The position numbers were made by a program, and so were the translations under genes. Below the pieces are notes generated by a model, which was given only the letters and a program-made list of their open reading frames with translations, did no database searches and had not been told where the DNA came from. From assembly GCA_963663405.2 (NCBI GenBank), contig CAXXSM010000132.1, forward strand, positions 1 through 64,000: DNA of 64,000 nt, given 5' to 3'. Each line of letters opens with the position of its first letter. Within the stretch, counting starts at the first letter, position 1. The DNA comes from a bacterium (GTDB lineage Bacteria; Hinthialibacterota; Hinthialibacteria; Hinthialibacterales; Hinthialibacteraceae). Shown one piece after another: positions 18,870-29,674 of this stretch.

Positions 18870-21197
18870 TCAGTGGTTAGGTTTACGCCAATTTAAATGC
18901 CTGTGGAGGAAATCAAATGTTCCCTTGCCATGAATCATATGGGGGCCGTCGAAGAATTCAATCTCCGCGCGGTCTCCGATTCCCAGCTGGACGTAGTGTC
19001 TTTTTACTTTGGCGAATTCATAAGCGACCCATTCATCCGGCGCGACGCCGTCGTGATGACCGCGTTCGACCATGAAAGGCCGGGGGCAGATCAGCCAGCT
19101 CAATTCCGCATAATTAAACGTTTCTCCTATATTGAATTCCATCATGTCGTATTCACCTGTTATCAGGTAACTGTAGCGATGACGGGTGGAGACGTTTTTC
19201 CAGATCCATTCGTTGAAATCCGCCGAACAGATTGAAAGGCAATAGCCATCCAGAAGCGCAGGCGCACGCATGGCGGTTTTGCCGCCGTAGCTCAATCCAT
19301 AAAACGCGATGCGTTCCGGATCAACAGGGGGGAGTGAAGAGAGCCATTGCAGGATCCGTTCGTGCTGCCGTGTGATGAACGCGAAGAGCGATAATCCAAG
19401 AGGGTGAGCTTTGCGCTGGAGAACGCGGAAACGATCCTGACCGATGTATGGATTCTGGGGCGCAAAAGTGATGAAACCGCGTTCAGCCAATTGGCACGCG
19501 AATTGACCATAGGCGGATTTATTGATACTTGGATCGGCGACATCCTGGGGACGGCCCTCCAAACCATGCTGACAGACAACAACGGGACGGCGTTCGCCGG
19601 GTTGGATATCTTTTGGCAGTAGGAGAATTCCATACGCAAAGACATCGGGATAGACATCGAGTACGATCTCATAGCCCCGGTATTTGGGTTCGTCATACAC
19701 CAACCGGGAACGGGGATTCATAGGGATTTTGGATTCCGGCAGGCGGCCGATGATCTCATCCCAGAAGTAATCGCGGTACCATTGAGACGATCGCTTCCAT
19801 GCTTCCAGACTCGACGCGTCCGCCTGGTTCCAGAATTCGGCGCGGGTGAATTCGCTTTCGCGCATGAGAGATTGAGTGTGTTCGAGAATTTGGGTGAATT
19901 GGCGTTTCATCCGAGATTCGGGATCGAATTCTTGAAATCGTTTGGGAACTGATTTCGAATCGATGAATTGATCGTCTGAATCTAAAGCGGTCAGGAATGT
20001 GGAGAGAATTTCTTCGCAGCCGGGTGGACCATCAAGGTTTTTAATCAAGGGAATTGTTATGGATGGTTTTAAACCTTCGATCAATTCATTCGCGCGGCGC
20101 GCTTCCCGTTCGACGGTTGCGAAGGGAGGAGTCGTAATGACACCGGGCGCGGCTCCACTTCGATTGGGTAATTGGGGTGGGCCTTCGATCTCTGGGTGTT
20201 TACAGGCTTCAATGATGAGGGAACGGGGGGCGATCATCGCGGCGGTTTCGGCGGCGCCGAATTCTTTTAGCAGAGACCAGACATTCCGATAAATCGGTTC
20301 GCGCCAAAGTTCTTCGCGGGGCTGGAAATAACCGAGTACCGCCGCCGCGTCGATGCGGGTATCGACAGCGGTGGAGTAGAACGCGAGCAGGCCCCCTTCA
20401 CCATAGCCTATAACACCGGTGGGCCGGACGTTTTCGTCTTGGGTAAACCAATCGATCGCGGCGAGAATTTTCTGTATTTCATATCCGATCATCGTACGCC
20501 CCATTTCGTAGGCGGCGCGGTAGAGATATTCGCGGTGAGGTTGGTTTGTCATGCGGTATTGTTCAATTCCGGAATAATCGCAATGACGGTCGATCAAAGT
20601 TGGAATGAGGACGCGGCAGCCGTTTTCCGCCAGACGCCGGGCGAACTGTCCATCAAGGGGGATGCCTTCCGTCAGTCCGCAGAGCATTTCCGGTGTTTGA
20701 TCGCAGTCCGGAAGGGCGATGAGATCCGCGATGGGAGTTTGATCCGGTTGCAGCAACAACCCTTCAGCGTCGACGTTTTTCAATACACTCCAACGAACAT
20801 TGTAAATCTTGTAATTAGCGCCAGCTCCGATCAAGCCTGCCGCCTGCTTATCATTGTTGGAAGAAAATTCCGATGAAATGGGAGAAACAATCGAAAATGT
20901 GACCGGTTCGCGATCGTCGGCGAGACCAAGGATTTTTTGAAGCCGTTCCCGGTTGGGCGCAATGGATTGGGTGTAATTCTCATGCGAAGAAAGATCCCGG
21001 TTCCAGAATTGGCTTCTCCGCTGCGCGGCGGCGCCGGTCTCGCGCATGAGATAGCAGTCGATACCCGCAACCATTTGGGCGGCGAGATCTCCTTCCATCG
21101 TAAGGGGCTTGGTGTTGGGAAGTTGTGAAACATTTTCAGCGAATGTAAAGATTGGGAAAGATAGTATTAAGGAGATGGTTAGGGGAAGGCGGATCAT
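18870..21197 (-). CDS. Secreted tandem alpha/beta-hydrolase (dienelactone hydrolase-like)
   Basis: Signal peptide; two hydrolase modules, GYGEGG (no Ser) and GLSYGG; CQHGLEG; C-terminal DGPH. Confidence 0.8.
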   Translation of the reverse strand: MIRLPLTISLILSFPIFTFAENVSQLPNTKPLTMEGDLAAQMVAGIDCYLMRETGAAAQRRSQFWNRDLSSHENYTQSIAPNRERLQKILGLADDREPVTFSIVSPISSEFSSNNDKQAAGLIGAGANYKIYNVRWSVLKNVDAEGLLLQPDQTPIADLIALPDCDQTPEMLCGLTEGIPLDGQFARRLAENGCRVLIPTLIDRHCDYSGIEQYRMTNQPHREYLYRAAYEMGRTMIGYEIQKILAAIDWFTQDENVRPTGVIGYGEGGLLAFYSTAVDTRIDAAAVLGYFQPREELWREPIYRNVWSLLKEFGAAETAAMIAPRSLIIEACKHPEIEGPPQLPNRSGAAPGVITTPPFATVEREARRANELIEGLKPSITIPLIKNLDGPPGCEEILSTFLTALDSDDQFIDSKSVPKRFQEFDPESRMKRQFTQILEHTQSLMRESEFTRAEFWNQADASSLEAWKRSSQWYRDYFWDEIIGRLPESKIPMNPRSRLVYDEPKYRGYEIVLDVYPDVFAYGILLLPKDIQPGERRPVVVCQHGLEGRPQDVADPSINKSAYGQFACQLAERGFITFAPQNPYIGQDRFRVLQRKAHPLGLSLFAFITRQHERILQWLSSLPPVDPERIAFYGLSYGGKTAMRAPALLDGYCLSICSADFNEWIWKNVSTRHRYSYLITGEYDMMEFNIGETFNYAELSWLICPRPFMVERGHHDGVAPDEWVAYEFAKVKRHYVQLGIGDRAEIEFFDGPHMIHGKGTFDFLHRHLNWRKPNH

Positions 21198-21459
21198 GAT
21201 CGGCTCCTATGGTTTTTAAATGTATGAAAAATGAGTACTTTTCAGAAGTTGAATTGTACTATTGTAATCTTTCTTCGTCCGAATCTTGATAGCCAGAATG
21301 GGATGATTCAATATTCGAAGAGGATAAGCGCTTCTAACTCATAGAATTATTTTTCGAAAAAACGGTTTACATACTGTATGTTTTTATGTTAGGATTGAAA
21401 GTGGATTAAAAAAACGGATTCATTATCCGTTATATTCAACAAATATGGGGGAAAAAAAC

Positions 21460-22320
21460 ATGAGGCGTATTTTGTTGACTGTTACACTTGTTATCATCTT
21501 AACCGCTATTCTTCCTACAGTTCAGGCGCAAGACCGCGACGAATCAGAACGCCGGCTTATTGAAGTTCCGTACTCGGCTTCGATTCCAACGATTGATGGT
21601 GTGCTGTCGCCGGGGGAATGGGAGGACGCCGCAGTGGATTATGTCTCTCTCGACGATCGTGGTTTTTATGGCGATGGGGCCGACAGCTGGTCAGGGCCGG
21701 AAGACTCCAGTTTTCATTTCTGGGTGAAATACGACGGGGATTTCATCTATTTTGGCGTTGACGTGAAGGATGATGCATACATCTCAGAAAATTATGGTGA
21801 AAAAAAACGCGGGAGCAATTATCCCGTTTGGGAAAACGACGCGGTGGAATACTTTTTCGATGGAGACCTATCTCGCTCCGAAACCCGGAATGATCCCTTG
21901 ACGGGTGGACAATTCATCTTAGGACTCGGAACCGAACCCGCCAATACCGTGTACAAGGATATCACCGATGACTTGATCGAGGAGGGTGATTATGAATGGG
22001 TCACGATTTGGGACGAAAACACCAATGATTGGTCCCAAGAAGCCAAGTTCGCTCTTTATATGATCGGCGAGCCCGGTGAGGGAGATTCCATCGGCTTCAA
22101 CATCAATGTGGACGATCCTGACACCTACGATCCCCAAACACGGGATCCAGACAATACGGATTACATTGATTTACGCGATACCCAGGTCTATTGGGAAGCG
22201 TTTCCAACTCTCTGGGGTGGGAATGTGAACGCCCAGGGCACAGAAAATATTGAGAATATGTGGGGAACTATGACCTTTCTTCCTGAAGGGGTGAATGTTG
22301 AACATTGGGATTTGTTTTGA
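21460..22320 (+). CDS. Secreted CBM9/DOMON-like sugar-binding domain protein
   Basis: Signal peptide; PTIDGVLSPGEW, YFGVDVKDD, WENDAVEYFFD, IGFNINVDDPD; ends VNVEHWDLF. Confidence 0.75.
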   Translation: MRRILLTVTLVIILTAILPTVQAQDRDESERRLIEVPYSASIPTIDGVLSPGEWEDAAVDYVSLDDRGFYGDGADSWSGPEDSSFHFWVKYDGDFIYFGVDVKDDAYISENYGEKKRGSNYPVWENDAVEYFFDGDLSRSETRNDPLTGGQFILGLGTEPANTVYKDITDDLIEEGDYEWVTIWDENTNDWSQEAKFALYMIGEPGEGDSIGFNINVDDPDTYDPQTRDPDNTDYIDLRDTQVYWEAFPTLWGGNVNAQGTENIENMWGTMTFLPEGVNVEHWDLF

Positions 22321-22333
22321 CTAATGGGGTCTT

Positions 22334-22393
22334 CACAAGGGCAGAAAAAAATCAATGCTCCAGCGAAAACGCCTGTACTTGCCCTTGTCGTCC
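22334..22393. repeat. REP-like palindrome, long form
   Basis: CACAAGGGCAG...GCCTGTACTTGCCCTTG; same layout as 29386-29446. Confidence 0.7.
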
Positions 22394-22627
22394 AGTATTT
22401 TATTTTTCAGATCAGACTTCAGGATCTTTCCAAGATGCGCGGGACTCCCTGCTGAGGTGTTTGTTGGCTTTGAGGGATAGAGGATCTTGCCGTTTTCGCC
22501 ATCCAGGTGAAACAACGTCCGGTTTTGTGCGAGAACATTCCGAGCAGGCTCATGGCGGTGACATTTAGACAATTGGAGAGTATGCGCTATAGAGTAGATT
22601 TGAGACGATTTCTAACGGCGCTCTTGA

Positions 22628-25003
22628 TTATTGGCAGTCATTCACAATGCCCAGATCTAGTAAATTGAGATAGAGCCAATACGGGATTTCCAGCAGATTC
22701 ACCTGATCGCCGCAGTCGATCACGATGACGATCGGCAGATCATTATTTGATTCATAATCAGGCATCGTTCCGTTGTTCGCGTCAACATATTGGAAAATCT
22801 CATCCACAAGATTGGGATCCCATGTGACGCCTCCTCCTTTGATGTGACCGGCGCCCCAAGGAAAACCATTGAAGAGCAATTTCCAGATCACCGCTTGAAT
22901 ATCACTGTTGCTTGCTTGAATAAAGATTGGATTGCCGTTGTTTCGATAGCAATATAATAAGAAGTTAACGAGGGGAAGATTCGCCGGATTCCCTACAAGA
23001 GCGCAATCATCCGAAGCGGTTAGGGACGAATAACACTTCACGTCGTGATACCAGAAGTCCAGATAAATTTTAGTATCAAGATCCGCGCACCAACCCGGAT
23101 AGATTTCATCCCCCCCTGCGGTTAGCGTATCCGAAAAACGCGCGTCAAAATAACCAAGGATTCCCGGCCAATTCGGCGCGGCCCCGCCTCCCGGAAGAAC
23201 ATAGTCTTCATCATCGTTTACAAGATAACAATGAAGCGCCAACCGTCCCGAGCCGAATAAAGTATCTTTTCCTGGATCCCCAAGATCGATCGCCCATTTT
23301 TCTAACAGAGAAGCGCATTCGTCTATCGTCAGTTGGGGATATCGGGAGAGTAAGAGCGCCGCCGCTCCCGCGATGTGAGGCGTCGCCGCCGATGTGCCGC
23401 TGAAACTCTTCGAACCTGATATCGAAACCGATGTTGGACCACAGATATCCGGTTTTACATTAGCGCCTGGTAAAGGCGCTTCCCCTCCTGGACCATTGAT
23501 TGGCCCTTGGGAACTATAATATTCTAGAATCCCATCGTACCAAAAATACTTGGCAATGGCGCCAACACATAGCGCATAAGGAGAGTCAGATGGAATGATG
23601 ATACTTCCCGAAGAAATAGAATAATTGAAGTTATGATTTTCACTGTAAAGTTCAATATAACAATCAGGGGGGATGCTGGTTTCATTCGATTCAATCCGGA
23701 TTACATACCATCCAGATCCAGTTGTATTTGTATATTCGAGATATTCGGTTGGCGTTTGACCCACCGTTCCGTCTTGCGTATTGTCGGATTCAGCGACTTC
23801 CATGTAACTTCCAGCGGTCCATTTCAATAAACGCAGTTTCAGATCAAGGTCACAACTCGTCCAATCGTTCCAACTTAGATAGAGTTGAATTTTTTTATCC
23901 TTTACGACATAGACAAGATTATCTACTGAATTTCCGCCATCAGCTGGATGCGGATTTTCGAAGTCGTGCATGTAGAGTGATTCCATACTGTATGGATTGG
24001 CGCTCGTTTGTAAAAGTGGATTAAAATAGCCTTCGTAATGCATCTTGGCTTGGTTCCCGGCGGCGTTCATCCACAAAATTCCATTGTTATACGCGTTTTC
24101 AACAATATCACAAACAGGACCCGTTCCATCATACGGACCGAGGTTCGCCCAACCAACCGAAAAGGAGATGACATTAATTCCTTCCCCAATAAGCCAATCG
24201 ACAGCGTTTCCCAATTCAACGATGGTTCTGAATCTCACCAGATATAACTCGGCTTCGGGCGCCATGTCATACACGATCTCCGCGCACTTTCTACCATGAT
24301 CGCTGCCACCAGGAAAAGCGCCGTTTCCATTTTCATCGTTTACAAAAGAACGGGTTATGACAGACTGGGGCAAATCTGTGCCTAATATATCGTAATAACC
24401 GATAAAACCAACATCGACGACTGCGATTTTCACACCCGCCCCACGGAATCCTGCGTTATGAAAGCAGAAAGCGCCAGTCAACCCCACTCCTTCACTGATC
24501 GTGGGAATGTCACATGAGATGGGATCATTTGGTATTCGAATATAAAGCACTCCTGAGATTTGACTGACCGCTTCAAGAGATGAAATAGGAACGGTCGCTT
24601 GACATAAATTTTTATACCAGCCCTGCGTTTCGACTCCCTCTTTTTCAAGTAACAGCGTTAAACCATCCGGATTTTGATCTTCATCCGTGACAATGATGAC
24701 TTGTATACCAAGTGATTCCTCTTCACTGACTTGCGTTTTTCCATATAAACCTTGTTTATTCAAATCGATAAGACGGCTTAAATAGCCATCCATTTTTGGA
24801 TTTTTAGTAGGATGGATGGCAGGACCGGCTTGTAGAGAATTTTTATAAGATATTCCCTCTTCTTTTGATTGAGATGGCGCGGCATCCGCAAATCCATAAA
24901 TCAAAAACAGAAATAACAATGAGTAAAGTAATATAAATTTATTTAACGTTAAATTCATGATAACTGAATTATGCTTTTTTTTATTGAATATTCCGTTCGT
25001 CAT
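22628..25003 (-). CDS. S8 subtilisin-like serine protease with C-terminal thioester-domain-like module
   Basis: Triad IAVVDVGF, SDHGRKC, FSGTSAATPH; oxyanion NAAGN; GAAGGAG RBS before ATG 25003; C-terminal GWCAD and IQAVIW. Confidence 0.85.
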   Translation of the reverse strand: MTNGIFNKKKHNSVIMNLTLNKFILLYSLLFLFLIYGFADAAPSQSKEEGISYKNSLQAGPAIHPTKNPKMDGYLSRLIDLNKQGLYGKTQVSEEESLGIQVIIVTDEDQNPDGLTLLLEKEGVETQGWYKNLCQATVPISSLEAVSQISGVLYIRIPNDPISCDIPTISEGVGLTGAFCFHNAGFRGAGVKIAVVDVGFIGYYDILGTDLPQSVITRSFVNDENGNGAFPGGSDHGRKCAEIVYDMAPEAELYLVRFRTIVELGNAVDWLIGEGINVISFSVGWANLGPYDGTGPVCDIVENAYNNGILWMNAAGNQAKMHYEGYFNPLLQTSANPYSMESLYMHDFENPHPADGGNSVDNLVYVVKDKKIQLYLSWNDWTSCDLDLKLRLLKWTAGSYMEVAESDNTQDGTVGQTPTEYLEYTNTTGSGWYVIRIESNETSIPPDCYIELYSENHNFNYSISSGSIIIPSDSPYALCVGAIAKYFWYDGILEYYSSQGPINGPGGEAPLPGANVKPDICGPTSVSISGSKSFSGTSAATPHIAGAAALLLSRYPQLTIDECASLLEKWAIDLGDPGKDTLFGSGRLALHCYLVNDDEDYVLPGGGAAPNWPGILGYFDARFSDTLTAGGDEIYPGWCADLDTKIYLDFWYHDVKCYSSLTASDDCALVGNPANLPLVNFLLYCYRNNGNPIFIQASNSDIQAVIWKLLFNGFPWGAGHIKGGGVTWDPNLVDEIFQYVDANNGTMPDYESNNDLPIVIVIDCGDQVNLLEIPYWLYLNLLDLGIVNDCQ

Positions 25004-25310
25004 GGTGTCTCCTTCAGGTCTCAAGATGTGATGGAATAAGTACGGGGAACCGTACATATTTATGATTATCAATTCGGTATATCTATTATAAATATAATTA
25101 AATCAAATAAATAAATATCAAATGAAATAAATATGACCATTAAATTATATATTCATTCTCATTTCATTCAATGGATTTAAAAAAAATTGATAAAAAAGTA
25201 ATATTACATTACAATTATAGACAGTGTAATATAAACAAATTGAGCATAATAAGATTCTTTATATGTGGAACAACTGAACGAGAATATGGGAATAAGAAAG
25301 GGGAGGGGGA

Positions 25311-26429
25311 TTAAATCTGATTTGCGTCGCGTTCTTTCAAGCATTCAACGATCTTGCGCACTTCCTGCAGCCGATTTTTCGGACAGATCAGGAGTCCATC
25401 ATCAGTAGTGATGACCACGATGTTTTCCATGCCGATCACTCCAACCGCCATTTTTTCCGCGCCCGCTTCGTTGTATACAGTCACATCGTGACAGTCGACC
25501 AGGATCGGATCTCCCAGCGCGACATTGCCGTTTTCATCCTTAGGCCGGACACGGGCGAGGGAATCCCAGGAGCCGACGTCATCCCAGATGAAACGGCCAC
25601 GAACCATGAAAACGCTGCTGGCGTGTTCCATCAGAGCGTAGTCGATCGACACATTCTCCATCTGTTCGAAGATCGCCTCGATTTCTGGATCGGGATTTGA
25701 AGATGTTTTCAGAATATCCCGCATATCCCGCACATGTTGCGCCAATTGCGGCATAACCCGCTCCAACTCGGCCATGAATACGGAAACCCGCCAGAAAAAC
25801 ATACCGCTGTTCCAATAGAACCGGCCCGTGGAAAGAAATCGCTCCGCCAATTCTCTTTCCGGTTTTTCGCGGAACTGCGCGACGGGATAGGCTTTGACGC
25901 CATCTTCATCCGGCAGCGGTTCAGTCCCTTCGGCGATTTCGATATAGCCATATCCGGTTTCTGGACGTGTCGGCGTTATTCCAATTACTCCCAAGGAATC
26001 GTGTTTTCCCGCGTATTGCAGGGCGGCGGCGATTGTTTGGCGGAACTGATCGTCATGGCCGATCCGGTGATCGGCCGTGAGGACCGCCATCAGAATATCA
26101 TCACTGTTTTCTTCATAACGCGCCAAAGCATGAGCGGCAGCGAAAGCGAGGCAGCCCGAAGTATTCCGCCGGAATGGTTCTCCAAGCACATTCTCCTTCG
26201 GCAGCTGGGGGATAGATTTAATTATTGTATCACGCAGGATTCTATTGGCCGCGATGAAGGAATGCTCGTATGGAATCAGGGGATTCACCCGCTCGAGCGC
26301 TTCTTCGAGCATGGATTTGGTTTCGTGTGTCAGACGCAGCAACTGCTTGGGCCGCCGGATCCGGCTCAACGGCCAATACCGCTCGCCCGATCCTCCAGCC
26401 ATGACAACCAAGATGGTTGGGATGTTCAT
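25311..26429 (-). CDS. manC: Mannose-1-phosphate guanylyltransferase
   Basis: MAGGSGERYWPLSR, PKQLL, EPFRRNT, PETGYGYI, FREKP, WNSGMF, SIDYALME, WDDVGSW. Confidence 0.93.
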   Translation of the reverse strand: MNIPTILVVMAGGSGERYWPLSRIRRPKQLLRLTHETKSMLEEALERVNPLIPYEHSFIAANRILRDTIIKSIPQLPKENVLGEPFRRNTSGCLAFAAAHALARYEENSDDILMAVLTADHRIGHDDQFRQTIAAALQYAGKHDSLGVIGITPTRPETGYGYIEIAEGTEPLPDEDGVKAYPVAQFREKPERELAERFLSTGRFYWNSGMFFWRVSVFMAELERVMPQLAQHVRDMRDILKTSSNPDPEIEAIFEQMENVSIDYALMEHASSVFMVRGRFIWDDVGSWDSLARVRPKDENGNVALGDPILVDCHDVTVYNEAGAEKMAVGVIGMENIVVITTDDGLLICPKNRLQEVRKIVECLKERDANQI

Positions 26430-26565
26430 GCAAGTACCTCTTTAAGAATAAGTAATGAATACGGATTGAAGCCACTTCCAGGGTAAATCTCGGATTTCCC
26501 GTTCCATCTTCGGAGGTCAATATGAAGTGATTATGATTCCGCGTATAAACCGTTAATCATACCCG

Positions 26566-26610
26566 AAAAAGCCGATCCGCTCCACGTCTCGAAGCGTAGA
26601 GTGGATCGGT
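26566..26610 (-). terminator. Intrinsic terminator of clpB
   Basis: Minus strand ACCGATCCACTC...GAGCGGATCGGC then T5, 40 bp after the clpB stop. Confidence 0.6.
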
Positions 26611-26650
26611 TTGAATCAAAATCATACTTCCTGCGGCCTATTGATTATCT

Positions 26651-29296
26651 CTATGCGGGAATTGGTTCGGCGATTTCCGGTTCAGGGGTGGGATTTTCAT
26701 GAGTAATGAGAATCTCGCCATGTTTTACATCCGTGAAGATTGTCGCGCCGTCAAGAATATCCCCTGCGATCAACGACCGGCCGAGTTTCGTTTCTAATTC
26801 CCGCTGAATCATACGCCGGAGAGGACGCGCGCCGTAGATGGGATCGTATCCGGTTTCGGCGATATGCTTCCGCGCTTCAGGTGTAACTTCAAGGCGAATC
26901 CGGCGATCCTTGAGGCGAATCCGCAATTCATCCAGTAGAAGATCCACGATCCGCTCGATTTCTTCCAGGCGAAGCGCCTTAAAGAGCACGATATCATCAA
27001 CGCGGTTCAAGAATTCCGGCCGGCAATGCATTCGTAATTCATCCATTACACGCGCCCGCGCGCTTTCCTGGATTTCTCCCGATCCGCTTACCCCTTCGAG
27101 AAGATGTTGCGAACCGATGTTTGAAGTCATGATGATGACGGTGTTTTTGAAATTCACCACACGGCCCTGCGCGTCGGTCAAGCGCCCGTCATCAAGAATT
27201 TGCAGCAACACGTTAAAGACATCGTGATGCGCTTTTTCGAATTCATCAAACAGGATGACACAGTATGGCTTTCGCCGGACCGCTTCGGTCAATTGCCCGC
27301 CTTCTTCATATCCGACATAGCCTGGAGGCGCGCCGAGCAGCCGGGCGACGGTATGTTTTTCCATATATTCTGACATATCGATGCGGATCATGTTCTCTTC
27401 GGAATCGAACAACGATCGCGCAAGAGTTTTTGCGAGTTCGGTTTTCCCCACGCCCGTCGGACCAAGGAAGATGAACGAACCGATGGGGCGCGTAGGATCT
27501 TTGATCCCAGACCGGGCGCGGATAACGGCGTCTGCGACGGATTGAACCGCCTCATCCTGGCCAATAACACGCGCGCTAAGGGCTTCATCCAGATGAAGAA
27601 GTTTTTCACGTTCCCCCTCGACCAAACGGGTAATTGGGATACCCGTCCAGCGGGAGATGATCTCGGCGATTTCATCCTGGGTCACCTCTTCGCGCAGAAA
27701 TTTTGATTCCCCCTGTTTACGCGCCAATGCCTCTTCTTCTTCGTTCAATTTCTTCTGGAGGCCGGGCAGCCGTCCATGACGCAGTTCGGCGGCTTGGCTA
27801 AGGTTGTATTCCCGTTCGGCGCGTTCAATTTCCTGGCGGATCGATTCGATTTCTTCCCGAATCCGGCGGATTTTTTGGATGGTCTCTTTTTCCGCCTCCC
27901 ATTGAGCCTTCATGCTGTCGGCTTTGTTCCGGAGATCGGCCAGCTCTTTGTGTAGATTATTCAGGCGTTCTTTGCTGGCTTTATCCCGTTCTTTGCTCAA
28001 AGCCTGTTCTTCAATTTCCAATTGCATGATACGGCGTGTATACGCGTCCAGCTCCGAAGGCATGGAATCGATCTCGGTGCGGATCATGGCGCAGGCTTCA
28101 TCAATCAGATCGATGGCCTTATCCGGCAGAAACCGATCTGAAATGTACCGGTTCGAGAGCGTGGATGCGGCGACGATAGCGTTGTCTTGAATTTTTACAC
28201 CGTGATGGACTTCGAATCGATCACGCAGCCCACGCAGGATCGAGATCGTGTCCTCCACGGTGGACGGCTCAACAAGAACCGGCTGGAACCGCCGCTCTAA
28301 AGCGGCGTCTTTTTCGATATGTTGACGGTATTCATCCAGCGTCGTGGCGCCGATACAGTGTAATTCACCCCGCGCCAGCATCGGTTTGAGCATATTACCC
28401 GCGTCGATGGAGCCTTCCGCTTTACCGGCGCCGGCGATGGTGTGGAGTTCATCGATAAACAGCAGGATTTGGCCGTCACTGTTTTTGATCTCATCCAATA
28501 CTGCTTTTAGACGTTCTTCGAATTCACCGCGGTATTTAGCCCCGGCGACGAGCGCGCCCATATCAAGAGCGAAGACATGTTTGTTTTGCAAACCATCCGG
28601 CACGTCACCCCGGACGATGCGGTGCGCGAGTCCTTCCACAATGGCGGTTTTCCCGACTCCAGGTTCACCGATCAGGACAGGATTGTTTTTCGTTTTCCGT
28701 GAAAGAATCCGGATGACGCGGCGGATTTCTGAATCCCGCCCGATAACCGGATCGAGTTTGCCCAGGCGGGATTCAGCCACGAGATCGCGCCCGAACCGCT
28801 CCAGCGCCGCGTAGGACGATTCCGGCGTCGCGCTTGTGACCCGCTGATTGCCCCGCACGGAGGTGAGAGTTTTGAGAAAGCGGTCTCGATCCACACCCGC
28901 GCTGGTCAAGATTTTCGACGCGGAGGAGGATGTATCACGCAGCAGGGCTAGGACTAAATGTTCGACACTAACGTATTCATCTTTTAAGCGTTTGGCTTCG
29001 TCTTCCGCCTGAACCAGTGATTTATTCAGCCGGTTTGTCACATAAATCGAACCAGACGCCGTGCCCGGCCCACTCACTCGCGGGCGGCGCTCCAATTCCT
29101 GGATCAATTGTTCCTTCACAGATTGAGATGGCGCGTCCATTTTGGATAACAAACGGGGAATTAATCCTTCCGGCTGTTCAAGAAGCGCGAGCAGCAGATG
29201 TTCCCCGTCGATTTCCTGATGACCAAAACGAATCGCGAGAGATTGCGCTTCCGAGAGCGCTTCTTGTGATTTCTGTGTAAATTTATTAACGTTCAT
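26651..29296 (-). CDS. clpB: ATP-dependent disaggregase ClpB
   Basis: Two AAA+ modules ([16 protein letters not shown]), KYRGEFEER, coiled-coil middle domain, GAPPGYVGY; 881 aa. Confidence 0.98.
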   Translation of the reverse strand: MNVNKFTQKSQEALSEAQSLAIRFGHQEIDGEHLLLALLEQPEGLIPRLLSKMDAPSQSVKEQLIQELERRPRVSGPGTASGSIYVTNRLNKSLVQAEDEAKRLKDEYVSVEHLVLALLRDTSSSASKILTSAGVDRDRFLKTLTSVRGNQRVTSATPESSYAALERFGRDLVAESRLGKLDPVIGRDSEIRRVIRILSRKTKNNPVLIGEPGVGKTAIVEGLAHRIVRGDVPDGLQNKHVFALDMGALVAGAKYRGEFEERLKAVLDEIKNSDGQILLFIDELHTIAGAGKAEGSIDAGNMLKPMLARGELHCIGATTLDEYRQHIEKDAALERRFQPVLVEPSTVEDTISILRGLRDRFEVHHGVKIQDNAIVAASTLSNRYISDRFLPDKAIDLIDEACAMIRTEIDSMPSELDAYTRRIMQLEIEEQALSKERDKASKERLNNLHKELADLRNKADSMKAQWEAEKETIQKIRRIREEIESIRQEIERAEREYNLSQAAELRHGRLPGLQKKLNEEEEALARKQGESKFLREEVTQDEIAEIISRWTGIPITRLVEGEREKLLHLDEALSARVIGQDEAVQSVADAVIRARSGIKDPTRPIGSFIFLGPTGVGKTELAKTLARSLFDSEENMIRIDMSEYMEKHTVARLLGAPPGYVGYEEGGQLTEAVRRKPYCVILFDEFEKAHHDVFNVLLQILDDGRLTDAQGRVVNFKNTVIIMTSNIGSQHLLEGVSGSGEIQESARARVMDELRMHCRPEFLNRVDDIVLFKALRLEEIERIVDLLLDELRIRLKDRRIRLEVTPEARKHIAETGYDPIYGARPLRRMIQRELETKLGRSLIAGDILDGATIFTDVKHGEILITHENPTPEPEIAEPIPA

Positions 29297-29385
29297 AAGC
29301 GATTCCCTTCCTGACGAAGCGATAAAACGAATCCTGTAGGGTGAGGCGCCCTACCACTACTACGGCAATAAAACCGTACAAAATT

Positions 29386-29500
29386 ACACAAGGGCAGATG
29401 AAAATAAAGGCTCCGGCGCAAGCGCCTGTACTTGCCCTTGCCACCCTCTCCAAGTTCTTCGCGCGGGTACCCAGGGCAAGGCTTTTTCTGCCCTGGCTAC
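29386..29500. repeat. Pair of oppositely oriented REP-like palindromes
   Basis: 29386-29446 ACACAAGGGCAG...CTTGCCCTTGCCACCC and 29465-29500 GGGTACCCAGGGCAAGGCTTTTTCTGCCCTGGCTAC. Confidence 0.8.
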
Positions 29501-29642
29501 GTTCCGGAAATTCTTTTACCGGTTCGTCAAGTAATGTTTGACATTGCAACGGTCCACTCCGGTTTATTCTGCGCCAAACCGGCGGAGATTGTGCATTTTT
29601 GGCGCAAACATTCGTTATTAAAGGCTGTTTTCTATATATGTA

Positions 29643-29658
29643 TGCAATTAGTATGCCA
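29643..29658 (-). promoter_or_regulatory. Candidate sigma54 (-24/-12) promoter facing clpB
   Basis: TGGCATACTAATTGCA: GG-N10-GC spacing, close to TGGCAC-N5-TTGC consensus. Confidence 0.65.
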
Positions 29659-29674
29659 ATACAAATGGGAGGAA

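Noticed and set aside
22333-22572. 79 aa ORF
   Set aside because: No RBS or recognisable motif; runs through a REP-like palindrome.
25075-25300. Very AT-rich tract as a replication origin
   Set aside because: No DnaA-box cluster or iterons seen; consistent with the subtilase promoter region.
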